IMG/VR virus record: IMGVR_UViG_3300024268_000027
Source of the DNA: an uncultured virus (IMG/VR IMGVR_UViG_3300024268_000027)
Lineage: Duplodnaviria > Heunggongvirae > Uroviricota > Caudoviricetes
Direction: 5' to 3' (one strand)
DNA: 64,000 bases
Shown: one piece after another, positions 8,254-17,715 of the stretch
Position numbering within the stretch: position 1 is the stretch's first letter
How the letters are laid out: the number at the start of each line of letters is the position of its first letter
Position numbers and translations under genes: made by a program
Notes under the pieces: generated by a model
Database searches by the model: none
The model's input: the letters and a program-made list of their open reading frames with translations, nothing else
What the model was told of the DNA's origin: nothing

Positions 8254-9632
8254 AACTGACGAGCCATGTAAACACCCATTACAGATGCCATCATAAGACC
8301 CCGAGTCCAACCAGAGGAGTCTCCTAAACAATGAAGATTCTTCAAACTAGTGTTGAGTTGTTTGTCCATTGTAACTCTGTTTGAATAGAATTTTAATTCC
8401 GGCGCATACAGTAGCGTCTCAGATGCGGCTATCCCTGGAATTACTTTATCTAATGCATAAATAAAGTTAATGATATTAGTCATAGTTCTATATGGAATAG
8501 CTGCCGTAATATCTCCAGCAACTGCGTCAGGCAGAGTTGCTTTCAGATTGCCACGATCGAGCTCATCTTGCCATGTACGCTTTCCATCAATAATATCACC
8601 AAACCGCTGAACAAGGATGTGGTTATCCGCTAACATGTTTGTCAACTTTCCAACCATCTTTGCATACGCGATTGGATCGTCAAATGGTACGCAAAAATTG
8701 TGAGAACATAGAATTGAGAAATTTGTGTTGTCAGTTTTTGTATTCTTGTAAGAATGACCGTTAACCGTACTCAACCCTTCATCATAACGCTCTTCGGAAA
8801 CAATACCACCAGGATTCTGACAGAATGTTCTTACTTTATTTTTGAATGGCTGAGGATAACCAATAAACTTCCCTTCGTAGATTGCCTTGTTGATTTCTTC
8901 CATGACTTCATTACGGCACTCAACACGAACACCAATATCAACAGTTCCTGGTTGGCGTTCAACATGATACTTGTTACACACATTGAATAACCATTCCGCA
9001 CCGCGTCGTCCCGCAGCTACAACAACCTTGTCTGCATAGAAGTACTCTTCTACATGACCATGTTTAACAGTTACACCCACACATGTATTGTCATCAACAA
9101 TGATATCGGTAACTGTTTTATTAAATAAAATCCCAACACCCTTCTTTATGAGGTAGTTCTCAAGTCTACCGTACACAATCTGAGCATCCTCAGTTCCGAG
9201 GTGGCGGATGGGGCAGTCAACAAGCTTTAAGCCTGCATGAATTGCTCGTTTACGAATATCCTTTATCTTGTCATTATGTTCAATGCCTTCAACGCGTTCA
9301 TCAGCCCCAAAATAGAGATAGATGTCGTCGGTATATGAAATCAATTCTTCGACGGTTTTGTATCCAATGAGTTGAGGCAAGTCACCCCCGACTTCAGGAC
9401 TCAGTGATAGTTTACCATCACTGAATGCACCGGCTCCACTGAATCCAGTTGTAATGTTGCAAGGCTCACACTTGACACATTTACCTACAGTATGTTTAGG
9501 GCACTTCCGATACTGCATCTCATGCCCTTTTTCAAACATGAGGATTTTCAAATTTGGATTATGCTGAAGAAGCTCGTAGGCTGTAAAGATCCCAGCAGGG
9601 CCTGCTCCAACAATGATTACATCATGTTTCAT
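8244..9632 (-). CDS. NAD(P)/FAD-dependent oxidoreductase (COG2509-like) with Cys cluster
   Basis: GAGPAG, CP..CVKCEPC, GAGAFSDGKL, RTFCQNPGG, VNGHS, GDSSGWTRGL. Confidence 0.85.
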   Translation of the reverse strand: MKHDVIIVGAGPAGIFTAYELLQHNPNLKILMFEKGHEMQYRKCPKHTVGKCVKCEPCNITTGFSGAGAFSDGKLSLSPEVGGDLPQLIGYKTVEELISYTDDIYLYFGADERVEGIEHNDKIKDIRKRAIHAGLKLVDCPIRHLGTEDAQIVYGRLENYLIKKGVGILFNKTVTDIIVDDNTCVGVTVKHGHVEEYFYADKVVVAAGRRGAEWLFNVCNKYHVERQPGTVDIGVRVECRNEVMEEINKAIYEGKFIGYPQPFKNKVRTFCQNPGGIVSEERYDEGLSTVNGHSYKNTKTDNTNFSILCSHNFCVPFDDPIAYAKMVGKLTNMLADNHILVQRFGDIIDGKRTWQDELDRGNLKATLPDAVAGDITAAIPYRTMTNIINFIYALDKVIPGIAASETLLYAPELKFYSNRVTMDKQLNTSLKNLHCLGDSSGWTRGLMMASVMGVYMARQLVE

Positions 9633-10399
9633 TCTGTTTCCTTGTTTTCGTTGATAATCTCCAGACCTGCATTCAAGATATGCTGCTGAAGCTTTTCTTT
9701 GTTTACTCTACGAGTTACACTACTATATTCAGTAGATTCAACCTGAATAGTTTTATCACTGATCTTAGTTACTTTCCACAAATCTTCCTTCTTGCTCCAA
9801 CGATTAAGGGAGAAGAGTCGGTAATTCGGATGATATGATTCAGGATAGCACAAAATTGTTCCTACCTGAATTGTTTCCATCTTTCTGACTGCTTCCTGAC
9901 GTTTCATTTCGGTTTCAATTTGCCGAATTTCGCAATCAATTTTCCTGGTCTTGCTCTCCAGATCCATGTAGTCCTTATGTTTGTCCAGAATGATCTGGAA
10001 AGAATTTTCTAACGGCTCCAAGATGTCACAGATATAGTTCAGTAGCTTGATTCTACAAATCTGATAGGGATTATCGTTTCTGGTCCATGTACCGATGATA
10101 GTACCAACGTTGATATTAAGACCCTTTTCATTGTATTCAAACCAACAATCGGATCCGAAATCAATCTTACCTTCAGGAGTCAAAAAACCTGTTTCAAAAA
10201 CAACTTCCAGATTGTTATTGAAGTTGGACCGGAAAAACAGTCTTGTTAATTGAGCACCAGTAGGCTCAACGATTTCGGTGGTGATAAATTCACGAAGATC
10301 CGCCAAGATTTCATTATGCTTCTCTCTACGAAGCATTTCCGTCATCTCTTTATCTGCTTTGAGCATAACCAACTTAGTTTCCATAACAACGTCTCCCAT
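9629..10399 (-). CDS. hypothetical protein
   Basis: about 250 aa ORF downstream of a promoter. Confidence 0.7.
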   Translation of the reverse strand: MGDVVMETKLVMLKADKEMTEMLRREKHNEILADLREFITTEIVEPTGAQLTRLFFRSNFNNNLEVVFETGFLTPEGKIDFGSDCWFEYNEKGLNINVGTIIGTWTRNDNPYQICRIKLLNYICDILEPLENSFQIILDKHKDYMDLESKTRKIDCEIRQIETEMKRQEAVRKMETIQVGTILCYPESYHPNYRLFSLNRWSKKEDLWKVTKISDKTIQVESTEYSSVTRRVNKEKLQQHILNAGLEIINENKETE

Positions 10400-10418
10400 C
10401 GTTTTTATTTACATCAAT

Positions 10419-10449
10419 ATTATAATAAGAAACTGTTGTTTAATCAACT
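10419..10449 (-). promoter_or_regulatory. phage consensus promoter
   Basis: AG-TTGATT-N17-TATAAT. Confidence 0.8.
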
Positions 10450-10452
10450 AAA

Positions 10453-11478
10453 TCATTCTTCGATGACCCAACCAGCTCTAGTGAGTACCTCTTTCATACC
10501 TTCAGGCCATTCCCACTTATCCGGATCAGTATTCAAGAACCATGTTCTATCTAGATATAGATGAATTCTGCCTTCCCCTCGTTCAACATCTGTTAAGTAC
10601 TTATGCCTTGCGTTGATGAATTCTTCAAGTGAGCCATCAAGCTCCACAGTCTCCACACCAGGTCTACGAGCAGGGCAACTCGCATGGAAATTCCATCCAC
10701 AGATTTCATAATCAGTTCTTTTTGTTCTAGCTGGATCATAGTTAGGTAACCAGTATATCTTTTTCGGTTTATCCAGTTTAACAATTCTACGATCAGTACT
10801 TCTGGTTGGCCAGTAACCGTAAGTTTCAATCCAATCATAATGTTGCCAGAAATATCCAAGGTAAACATCTTTCATCGTCAAAGTTTCATAAGTTTGACCT
10901 TCAACATACTTCTTGGTTTTTCCCTTACTTATGTTGCTCTTACGTTCTTTGTCTTTTTCTGCTTGTGTGTATGCTTCCATACTTTTACAAAGCATTCCCA
11001 CTTTTCCATTTTTTCTCGCAAAGAACAAGGGTTCTTGACACACACCGTTGACAAATGTGGTGTTCTTAAGTACATCAAGAAGCAGATCTGCAGCAATGCC
11101 AATTTTCCAAGAACGCTCTCCGTGCGTAACTTTACAATTCCAGAAGCTGAGTTTACCACCCTGACTACTGTCTTCTGCTGCATCAAGTAATTCCAGAACA
11201 AATCCGGAGTTATCAATTTCATGACAGACTCCTTCATGAATTATCTCATTCTTGAAATCTCGTTTTCCATTTTCATCTGTGGGGTATTCATACCATTTTG
11301 CCCAGGATTGTGCTGCAAGAAGCATTTTCTTGTTGTTGCTGTCACAAACATAACCCTGAGGAAGGTCTGCTATACCTACCTTCCAAAAACCGTTTTCATC
11401 TTGGTAGTAACCTCTTGTTTTTTCGACAATTGTTACTTTGTCGAACATGCTCCATCCACCATAAACGACTTCAGACAT
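10453..11478 (-). CDS. hypothetical protein
   Basis: 341 aa ORF with GGAG RBS. Confidence 0.75.
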   Translation of the reverse strand: MSEVVYGGWSMFDKVTIVEKTRGYYQDENGFWKVGIADLPQGYVCDSNNKKMLLAAQSWAKWYEYPTDENGKRDFKNEIIHEGVCHEIDNSGFVLELLDAAEDSSQGGKLSFWNCKVTHGERSWKIGIAADLLLDVLKNTTFVNGVCQEPLFFARKNGKVGMLCKSMEAYTQAEKDKERKSNISKGKTKKYVEGQTYETLTMKDVYLGYFWQHYDWIETYGYWPTRSTDRRIVKLDKPKKIYWLPNYDPARTKRTDYEICGWNFHASCPARRPGVETVELDGSLEEFINARHKYLTDVERGEGRIHLYLDRTWFLNTDPDKWEWPEGMKEVLTRAGWVIEE

Positions 11479-11860
11479 TTACTGATCTCCTTGTACAACT
11501 TTTAATGAACCATCTCTGTTCTCTAATTGCTCGATCACATTCCTGAGCTTGATATCTTTCAGATTCTGCAAAGATTGTTAATCCTGCTTTTTGATGCATT
11601 CTACTATTTTCAAGATGATCATCACGAATAGATATCAGTGCTCGTAGCTGTGCTTTGTATTCTTTGTTTCTCATTTCAGCCGCTTCTCTAGCAGCAATTG
11701 CAGAAGGGTCTTCCGGGATTGCTTTAATGTTTAGTAGCTTAACAAACTCTTGTTTGGAAAGATCTGTGGCCATGTACATTGCCTCATACATCTTGAATAC
11801 ATCCCACTCAACTGTTTTACCAACAAGTTGTTCAAACTCCTGCTTCATCATAGAAATCAC
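11471..11860 (-). CDS. hypothetical protein
   Basis: 129 aa ORF downstream of a promoter. Confidence 0.7.
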   Translation of the reverse strand: MISMMKQEFEQLVGKTVEWDVFKMYEAMYMATDLSKQEFVKLLNIKAIPEDPSAIAAREAAEMRNKEYKAQLRALISIRDDHLENSRMHQKAGLTIFAESERYQAQECDRAIREQRWFIKSCTRRSVNV

Positions 11861-11884
11861 GCTCCAGTTTTATTTTACAACTAT

Positions 11885-11915
11885 ATTATAATTGATAACA
11901 GTTTGTTGATCAACT
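11885..11915 (-). promoter_or_regulatory. phage consensus promoter
   Basis: AG-TTGATC-N17-TATAAT. Confidence 0.8.
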
Positions 11916-11918
11916 AAT

Positions 11919-11944
11919 ATGAGCAGCTGTAATAAGCTGCTCAT
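11919..11944 (-). terminator. hairpin, probable terminator
   Basis: ATGAGCAGCT / AGCTGCTCAT inverted repeat just after a stop codon. Confidence 0.6.
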
Positions 11945-11949
11945 GAAAC

Positions 11950-12411
11950 TCATTCAATTGAAGGCATATACATCCAGAAGCTAACATAATCACAATCGGC
12001 AGGAAGATTGTCAGGATCAATTAGTGCATTAAGATATAAGCATTCTTCAGGAATATGCCAAATCTTTTGTTCGGTATCAAACAATGCTCCATAAACAATT
12101 TCTTTTTCCCATGTAGAAGGAGGCTCGGTAAAACTCCATTCAGTTTGAGAGTGTACTAAGATAACATTGCATTTTACCATGTTACCGTAACCTTGTTTTT
12201 CAGGCAGTGACTTTTGAGCGTCAGTCCATTTGTCTTCCCTAACAACTTCCATACAATCAGTTGCGACTTGAACTGCTTGAATAAGTTCCTTATCTTGTAT
12301 CTCTGTCAGTGCTTGTTTAAGCAACTGAAGAGCACCATCGATATCTTTCTTATTGTACTTCACGTTCCCATCTCCCAACAACAAGTTCATTAACTTTGTG
12401 TACATCTTCAA
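11950..12411 (-). CDS. hypothetical protein (DUF551-like W..A...LPE / V..WM.MP motifs)
   Basis: WTDAQKSLPE...VSFWMYMP; true start is probably downstream of 12411. Confidence 0.6.
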   Translation of the reverse strand: MKMYTKLMNLLLGDGNVKYNKKDIDGALQLLKQALTEIQDKELIQAVQVATDCMEVVREDKWTDAQKSLPEKQGYGNMVKCNVILVHSQTEWSFTEPPSTWEKEIVYGALFDTEQKIWHIPEECLYLNALIDPDNLPADCDYVSFWMYMPSIE

Positions 12412-12697
12412 AGTATGGTTTTAAGAAATCTATTTGAGGTTGTGTGATCTTATGTGTCCACTTCCAATCAATTCTCCACTCTTTGTCCCACTCAGATAAT
12501 GTTATATGAATCCAACCGAGATGTAGAAGAGTGTCATCTGCAGGACCCCGATACTCCCAGATGTTGTACTCAAACTTATCACACAACATTCTGGCAACAG
12601 AAACATGTTCGCATGACACACAAGGCCAGAATGATCCATCAGGAGCAAGCCATCCTCCTTGAAGTTGATTCAATATAGCATCTTTTACTTTACTCAT
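12350..12697 (-). CDS. hypothetical protein (GWLAPDG motif)
   Basis: GWLAPDGSFWPC..CEH..VA...L...GWI; resembles 16824..17360. Confidence 0.7.
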   Translation of the reverse strand: MSKVKDAILNQLQGGWLAPDGSFWPCVSCEHVSVARMLCDKFEYNIWEYRGPADDTLLHLGWIHITLSEWDKEWRIDWKWTHKITQPQIDFLKPYFEDVHKVNELVVGRWEREVQ

Positions 12698-13278
12698 CTT
12701 AAATCAAACGTCCCTTCTTTAGCCCACTCGTTGTATCCTGCTATGATATTTTCGAGTGTCTGAGGCGCATACTTCATCCAAGGCATCATACAACCAACAT
12801 TGTATGCTCTCATCGGTAATGCTTGTAAAGCTCTAACTTCACGCATTGTTGATTCCATAATATTCCACTGATGAGAATTATGTACATGAGCATAGATATG
12901 TACACTGTCATGGAACTGATTATTCCAGAACAAGATTGGATAGTGGAATACAACGACTTTTGTCTTGTCATCCATCAACTCTTTGTAATCATAGATATGC
13001 TCAAAGCAATCACGAACAGCCATCAATGCTTTATCGTGATTTCCCTTAACAAGCGTCTTTCTTCCATTTAGCTGGTTTAACAACTGACGATTTTCATAAG
13101 AATCTGACGACCAAGTAAAGTCACCACATATGATGACTTCATCATCCATTGCTGTTTCAGCATTCCAGTTATGAATCAAGTACTCATTCATTTCATGAAC
13201 ACTGTTAAATTTTCTGTTATCATATTTGATTATGTTGTGATGAAAGAAATGTGGATCTCCTATGTATCTCTTACTCAA
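12694..13278 (-). CDS. calcineurin-like metallophosphoesterase
   Basis: GDPHFFH, GDF, GNHD, HYP, HVH; start reassigned to TTG at 13278 after GGAGG. Confidence 0.85.
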   Translation of the reverse strand: MSKRYIGDPHFFHHNIIKYDNRKFNSVHEMNEYLIHNWNAETAMDDEVIICGDFTWSSDSYENRQLLNQLNGRKTLVKGNHDKALMAVRDCFEHIYDYKELMDDKTKVVVFHYPILFWNNQFHDSVHIYAHVHNSHQWNIMESTMREVRALQALPMRAYNVGCMMPWMKYAPQTLENIIAGYNEWAKEGTFDLR

Positions 13279-13450
13279 CGTATTCCTCCAGATCTGAAAC
13301 ATCATCGTCATAGTCGGGGAGAGAAGAAACTTTGTGAGTTCTATTCCACTCTCGTTCAGCTTGTTCATAACCTTGCTTCAGAGTTAACCCAAGATTTTCA
13401 TGTAAATACGCAGCTCTGTCGTTGCAGTAAATCTGTTTAGCCGAAATCAT
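13271..13450 (-). CDS. small hypothetical protein (59 aa)
   Basis: Not in track. Manual translation MISAKQIYCNDRAAYLHENLGLT...LEEYVE*, with GGAGG RBS. Confidence 0.6.
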   Translation of the reverse strand: MISAKQIYCNDRAAYLHENLGLTLKQGYEQAEREWNRTHKVSSLPDYDDDVSDLEEYVE

Positions 13451-13700
13451 GATTTTGATGTTCCTCCTGTTTTAGTTTTTTAAGCTTCTCAAGCTGTTTC
13501 TGATACATAATGATTTGAGTTTCAAGTACTTGTTCCTCGACAGGAACAAACATTGCATAATCTGACTCAGGACCACAATAAGTCAATCCTTCACTGCTTA
13601 TGCCACCATAGCCGTAATCATGCCAGTTAACACAACTTCCCGAACTATATGATCTTGCACAGATAAGATATCTTTCACACTGAGAACTTATACAGCTCAT
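13437..13700 (-). CDS. hypothetical Cys-containing protein
   Basis: 87 aa ORF. Confidence 0.6.
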   Translation of the reverse strand: MSCISSQCERYLICARSYSSGSCVNWHDYGYGGISSEGLTYCGPESDYAMFVPVEEQVLETQIIMYQKQLEKLKKLKQEEHQNHDFG

Positions 13701-13701
13701 A

Positions 13702-14151
13702 TTACAACTCTCCAGGAAGTTTAGTTAGAGGATGTTCTTTCTTAACAAGCCCCCAGTACCGACCAAAAGGCTTCGGGTTCTCTACTTTAACAGTTGTAAA
13801 ATCATATTCCTTCAAAATTGATACAACATGATCCATACAGTAGTATTCGTCGTTCATACAATCTTGATCTTCTATACTGTAATTCTTGCAAGTGGGGCAA
13901 ATGATTTTATGACAGAACTCACGAACACCGTCCTGGAACTCATCATCGAACATGCCGTCCCACGGATCTATGTACTCCCACAACTCTTGAGCAACAAACT
14001 GACACTCAAGGTGAGCTAGAAAACTCCATACATCCGAGCCGTCCTTATTGAATTCATAGTGATATCTTTCTCCAGGCTTTATGGCTCCGTTGCAAAGATT
14101 ACAAACATGTTCTTTCTTTGCAGTCCGATAACATGATTTAATATTTACCAC
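13702..14151 (-). CDS. zinc-finger-like phage protein
   Basis: ARK.H.C..C...I..GE.Y pattern (AKKEHVCNLCNGAIKPGERY), H..C, CPTC. Confidence 0.7.
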   Translation of the reverse strand: MVNIKSCYRTAKKEHVCNLCNGAIKPGERYHYEFNKDGSDVWSFLAHLECQFVAQELWEYIDPWDGMFDDEFQDGVREFCHKIICPTCKNYSIEDQDCMNDEYYCMDHVVSILKEYDFTTVKVENPKPFGRYWGLVKKEHPLTKLPGEL

Positions 14152-14165
14152 AGTAAATCTCCCAC

Positions 14166-14411
14166 TTATACAAAAACTTCTTCCGATTCATTCAGAATAT
14201 TGATTTCTACAGTTAAGATAGTATATGAGTTTATTGGTGGATGCATCCATTGATTAGATCGTTCTACTGCTTCACGAACATGCTCGTGAGCTAATTTCAA
14301 GCTATTGTACTGTTTGGCTTTCCGAATCTGATCAGTCCAAGTATTCATACCAGCCCAGTATAGCCCTTGATCATTCATTCCGATATAATGTTCTTTCTGT
14401 ACTCTACTCAT
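14166..14411 (-). CDS. hypothetical protein
   Basis: 81 aa ORF. Confidence 0.6.
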   Translation of the reverse strand: MSRVQKEHYIGMNDQGLYWAGMNTWTDQIRKAKQYNSLKLAHEHVREAVERSNQWMHPPINSYTILTVEINILNESEEVFV

Positions 14412-14776
14412 CTTGTAAGAACTAACCCTCCATCTCTGTGAGGATCGGTGAACTCAACAACTTTGTAGGTTGAAACAACATGTATTGTAGCATCATTGAT
14501 ACTATCAACTCCCTCTTTACCGTCAACAAAGATAACAGCTGCATCAAGAGAATCTTTAACATGAGGAATTTCAAAACAGCCATCAACATACGTGAACTTC
14601 TGATAGTTTTCTTTGAAAACATTCATTTCCTCTTGTCTACGAGCTGTTGATCTAGCAAGAGACTGAGCTGCTTCATATGCTGCTCTTTCACTTTCAAAGA
14701 TTCTATGATATAATTTTTGCTGAGTATCCGATGACTGATATTTGTATTGAGTTATCAACAGCGCAAACATACACAT
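14408..14776 (-). CDS. hypothetical protein
   Basis: 122 aa ORF downstream of a promoter. Confidence 0.65.
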   Translation of the reverse strand: MCMFALLITQYKYQSSDTQQKLYHRIFESERAAYEAAQSLARSTARRQEEMNVFKENYQKFTYVDGCFEIPHVKDSLDAAVIFVDGKEGVDSINDATIHVVSTYKVVEFTDPHRDGGLVLTR

Positions 14777-14803
14777 TCTCCCACAGTATTATTTTATAAA
14801 TAA

Positions 14804-14834
14804 ATTATAATATTCTTACAAGAAACATTCAACT
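14804..14834 (-). promoter_or_regulatory. phage consensus promoter
   Basis: AG-TTGAAT-N17-TATAAT. Confidence 0.8.
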
Positions 14835-15166
14835 TAGATATGATGGTAAGCAATGTGGTCACAACTATCACACTCGTATCTGTAAGACGGGGGATTAGAA
14901 CATAACACAACTGTTTCATCTCTTCTCATTCCGCCACCGCAGATCGGACAAGCATATTTTGGCTCACTGAATTTCTTGGAACTAGCAAGAATATAATCTT
15001 CAACATATTCTGCGTCCAACTTTCCGTAATCTTCGGCGCTCAGAAGGCTACATGTATTATCGACACCGACACTTGTTGTATCTTTCGGAACTGGAATGTT
15101 CAGTGTGTAGGTTAAACTATCACCACAATACTCATCCAGAATATTGTTATCATTTCTAGTTGGCAT
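14834..15166 (-). CDS. zinc-ribbon protein
   Basis: CPICGG...YECDSC. Confidence 0.65.
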   Translation of the reverse strand: MPTRNDNNILDEYCGDSLTYTLNIPVPKDTTSVGVDNTCSLLSAEDYGKLDAEYVEDYILASSKKFSEPKYACPICGGGMRRDETVVLCSNPPSYRYECDSCDHIAYHHI

Positions 15167-15178
15167 AAATTCAACTCC

Positions 15179-15541
15179 TTACTTAACTGCCATAACAGCG
15201 AGTGCAATGAATCCCACTGCTAATGCGATGCTGAAGAGGATTCTCCAGACAATTGATTTTCGTTTCATAGTTTCCTCTAATTTTATACACATCTGAGAGC
15301 AATGTTGAAGTCCTTCAATCATTGTGTTGTTCGATGATATCTGCAACTTAACAACTTCTTCAAGTGTTGTAACACCCTTTATGTGGTGTCCCTGTAGAAT
15401 ATCAAGTTGATCTTGAAGTTTGCTAGTTGTATCTTTTAATTCCTGTTGTACTACCTCAACAGTGGAAGATAATGTACTAAAAGTGTCGCATACTTCAACC
15501 GCTCTATTTAGATTTATACCGATCATATTACTAGACATCAA
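15179..15541 (-). CDS. coiled-coil protein with C-terminal TM helix
   Basis: heptad-like region, then IVWRILFSIALAVGFIALAVMAV. Confidence 0.65.
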   Translation of the reverse strand: MMSSNMIGINLNRAVEVCDTFSTLSSTVEVVQQELKDTTSKLQDQLDILQGHHIKGVTTLEEVVKLQISSNNTMIEGLQHCSQMCIKLEETMKRKSIVWRILFSIALAVGFIALAVMAVK

Positions 15542-16011
15542 GTAGACTCCTTCATATCATGTAGAAGATACATAGCATACTGAATCGACCTGATGTAGCT
15601 CCTAACTCCTGTTAGAATCTTTCCAAGATTGTTCTTACCGATCCCTCTGCATCTTCCCCAATAAGTATCATTCCACCAGTTACCTTCAACCAACTCCGCG
15701 TCACCTGTTTCAAGTAAGAGTTTCTTCAAATGATCATTCTGAGTAAACTTCGTAAGAACAATGTCGTACATGATCTGATATTTAACATTTTCCCAATCGT
15801 CACGAAGCTTAACTTTACGTCCGAATTTCTTTGCTTCAGATGGTGTCATTGTTATAAACTTTACTTGCTCAGAAACATCGAGAGTTTTCTGAGCTTGAAA
15901 TGCAGCCTCTGCACTAGAGTATGTAATTCCTTTGTAAGTAATAAAGCACTGATAGAAATTACTCAAGAATGCATAGTCGTCAACAAACCGATCAATCACT
16001 TTCAGGCTCAC
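15538..16011 (-). CDS. NADAR (YbiA-family) protein
   Basis: FLSNFY, AEAAFQAQK, GRKVKLRDDW, KFTQN, LVEGNWWNDTYWG, GKNNLG. Confidence 0.92.
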   Translation of the reverse strand: MSLKVIDRFVDDYAFLSNFYQCFITYKGITYSSAEAAFQAQKTLDVSEQVKFITMTPSEAKKFGRKVKLRDDWENVKYQIMYDIVLTKFTQNDHLKKLLLETGDAELVEGNWWNDTYWGRCRGIGKNNLGKILTGVRSYIRSIQYAMYLLHDMKEST

Positions 16012-16231
16012 TTTTTAACTCCTCATAGATCGTCTTTGGAAAACTTTCAAGAAGCTGTAACTCATATCCGCATCTATTGCACTTGTGCTTGAAAGTTCTC
16101 GGATGAAGTGCAAGTGGAGCATCGTCAAAGATGTACTCGCCACCGCAACTACAGAGTACACTCACTTTGAAGGGAATAACAGGAGTTTTACATATCTGAA
16201 CTTGAGGAAAATTATTCGTTGTTTCCATCAT
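15992..16231 (-). CDS. zinc-ribbon protein
   Basis: CSCGG...HKCNRCG. Confidence 0.6.
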   Translation of the reverse strand: MMETTNNFPQVQICKTPVIPFKVSVLCSCGGEYIFDDAPLALHPRTFKHKCNRCGYELQLLESFPKTIYEELKSEPESD

Positions 16232-16508
16232 CAGTTCTATCCTCCTGATTGATTTCTACAATTTCGGCAGTAATCTTCCAGTAACCGGATGATTCCTCAG
16301 CGGGAATAGAACTCAAAATGCCATCAAGACGATCCTGAGCTTCTTCCCGAGTATTAAACCCAAAAGATCTCAGAAGTGCTCTTTCAGGAAAACAATCACG
16401 ACTCAGGTAAGTTCCTCTGTTACCATAGAAGTAATCCTGAACACGGCCTACAGCAACTGTACAGCGTTCAGTTGCTTCACAATGCTTCTTTACAAGAAAT
16501 TTTCTCAT
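16212..16508 (-). CDS. hypothetical protein
   Basis: 98 aa ORF with GGAG RBS. Confidence 0.65.
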   Translation of the reverse strand: MRKFLVKKHCEATERCTVAVGRVQDYFYGNRGTYLSRDCFPERALLRSFGFNTREEAQDRLDGILSSIPAEESSGYWKITAEIVEINQEDRTDDGNNE

Positions 16509-16525
16509 ATGTTGTTACACTCCTG

Positions 16526-16735
16526 TTACACAATTACATAATCGATTTCCACAGTGGGAAGATAGCTATAAGCTGTTGGCTTAGCAAATCCTGCCGCTGC
16601 TTGCTGCTCAAGATACTTGTTAAACTTCTGAATTGCTTCAGTCTCAGTTTCAGCAACTACGAAGCGTTCTTGACGATCTTGAGGTCTGAAATCTCCATCA
16701 AAGAACATGGTAAACTTGTACACTCCATGACTCAT
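16526..16735 (-). CDS. hypothetical protein
   Basis: 69 aa ORF with GGAGG RBS downstream of a promoter. Confidence 0.7.
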   Translation of the reverse strand: MSHGVYKFTMFFDGDFRPQDRQERFVVAETETEAIQKFNKYLEQQAAAGFAKPTAYSYLPTVEIDYVIV

Positions 16736-16767
16736 AAAAAGCCCTCCTCAACTTTTCTTACATTCAT

Positions 16768-16798
16768 ATTATAATATGAAACATAAGATTGATCAACT
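16768..16798 (-). promoter_or_regulatory. phage consensus promoter inside an inverted repeat
   Basis: AG-TTGATC-N17-TATAAT. Confidence 0.8.
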
Positions 16799-16823
16799 AG
16801 TTGAGGAGGAACTAACAGTTAGT

Positions 16824-17360
16824 TTATAGATACTTAACATTCATCGGAATCTTCAAGTTATGAAGTTCACAATATGCAATGAGGGAAAGAAATCCTTTTG
16901 GGGTGGTTTTCCAAGCTGTCTTCTCGTTGTCTTTGAGATAGTAAGACCACATTGCACTCTTGGTAGCTTTCATCCAACCATGATCAATCAGATAAGTTTC
17001 ACACTCTCCTGAATAATCATCGGTATAGTATCCATAGTAGATTTCAGCAATCTTTTTTGCTGCCACCATGTGTGCTTCGCCTTCCCAGAATTCACCATCT
17101 GGAGAGATCCAAGCATTGAACGCACCGATATGTGACTCCAGCGGATTATATCCAGTTTGCTTGTACAGTTCATGCCAAGATAGAATTTCAGGATGTTTCT
17201 CAGCTGTGGCTCAGTACTGAGCGTTTTCGTCTATATCAAATCCACCGTGATTATAGTTTGAAAGTCTCATACTAGATACATTCCAAACCCACCACTTGTA
17301 GTCATTTCCCCAATCAGGAAGGTAGACGAACATTCTGTTAACGCCATCAATTTTACGCAA
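16824..17360 (-). pseudogene. hypothetical gene interrupted by one in-frame TGA (17211-17213)
   Basis: One frame from TTG (RBS GAGGTGA): LRKIDGVNRMFVYLPDWG...DENAQY*ATAEKHPEIL...AWISPDGEFWEGEAHMVAA... Confidence 0.65.
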
Positions 17361-17372
17361 TCTTATCACCTC

Positions 17373-17513
17373 TTACATAGTAAACGCAAATGCAAGAATT
17401 GCAATCAATCCAAGAACTACAATGCCACTAGTGCTCGGATCCAAGATCATTGAAGTTATTGCAACACCTCCTGCAACAACGATTGCAGTACATTTAACCG
17501 CATTGTTCTTCAT
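17373..17513 (-). CDS. small two-helix membrane protein (46 aa)
   Basis: Not in track. MKNNAVKCTAIVVAGGVAITSMILDPSTSGIVVLGLIAILAFAFTM*, with GAGGAG RBS. Confidence 0.6.
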   Translation of the reverse strand: MKNNAVKCTAIVVAGGVAITSMILDPSTSGIVVLGLIAILAFAFTM

Positions 17514-17712
17514 GTTTCTTCTCCTCAATTACTGCTTCCAAAGATCTTTTCATAGTTTCAAGTGTTTCAGAAAGATTTGCACAGTCCATGTATGTGAAGT
17601 TCTTTGGCTTGACCATGAACTTAACTTTTGTTATAAGATCTTTAACTGTTGACAGCTCGCATTCTAAGAATCGTAAAGAACAGCCGTTGTAAGGAATTCG
17701 TTCGTCCAACAT
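17494..17712 (-). CDS. hypothetical protein
   Basis: 72 aa ORF. Confidence 0.6.
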   Translation of the reverse strand: MLDERIPYNGCSLRFLECELSTVKDLITKVKFMVKPKNFTYMDCANLSETLETMKRSLEAVIEEKKHEEQCG

Positions 17713-17715
17713 GTT

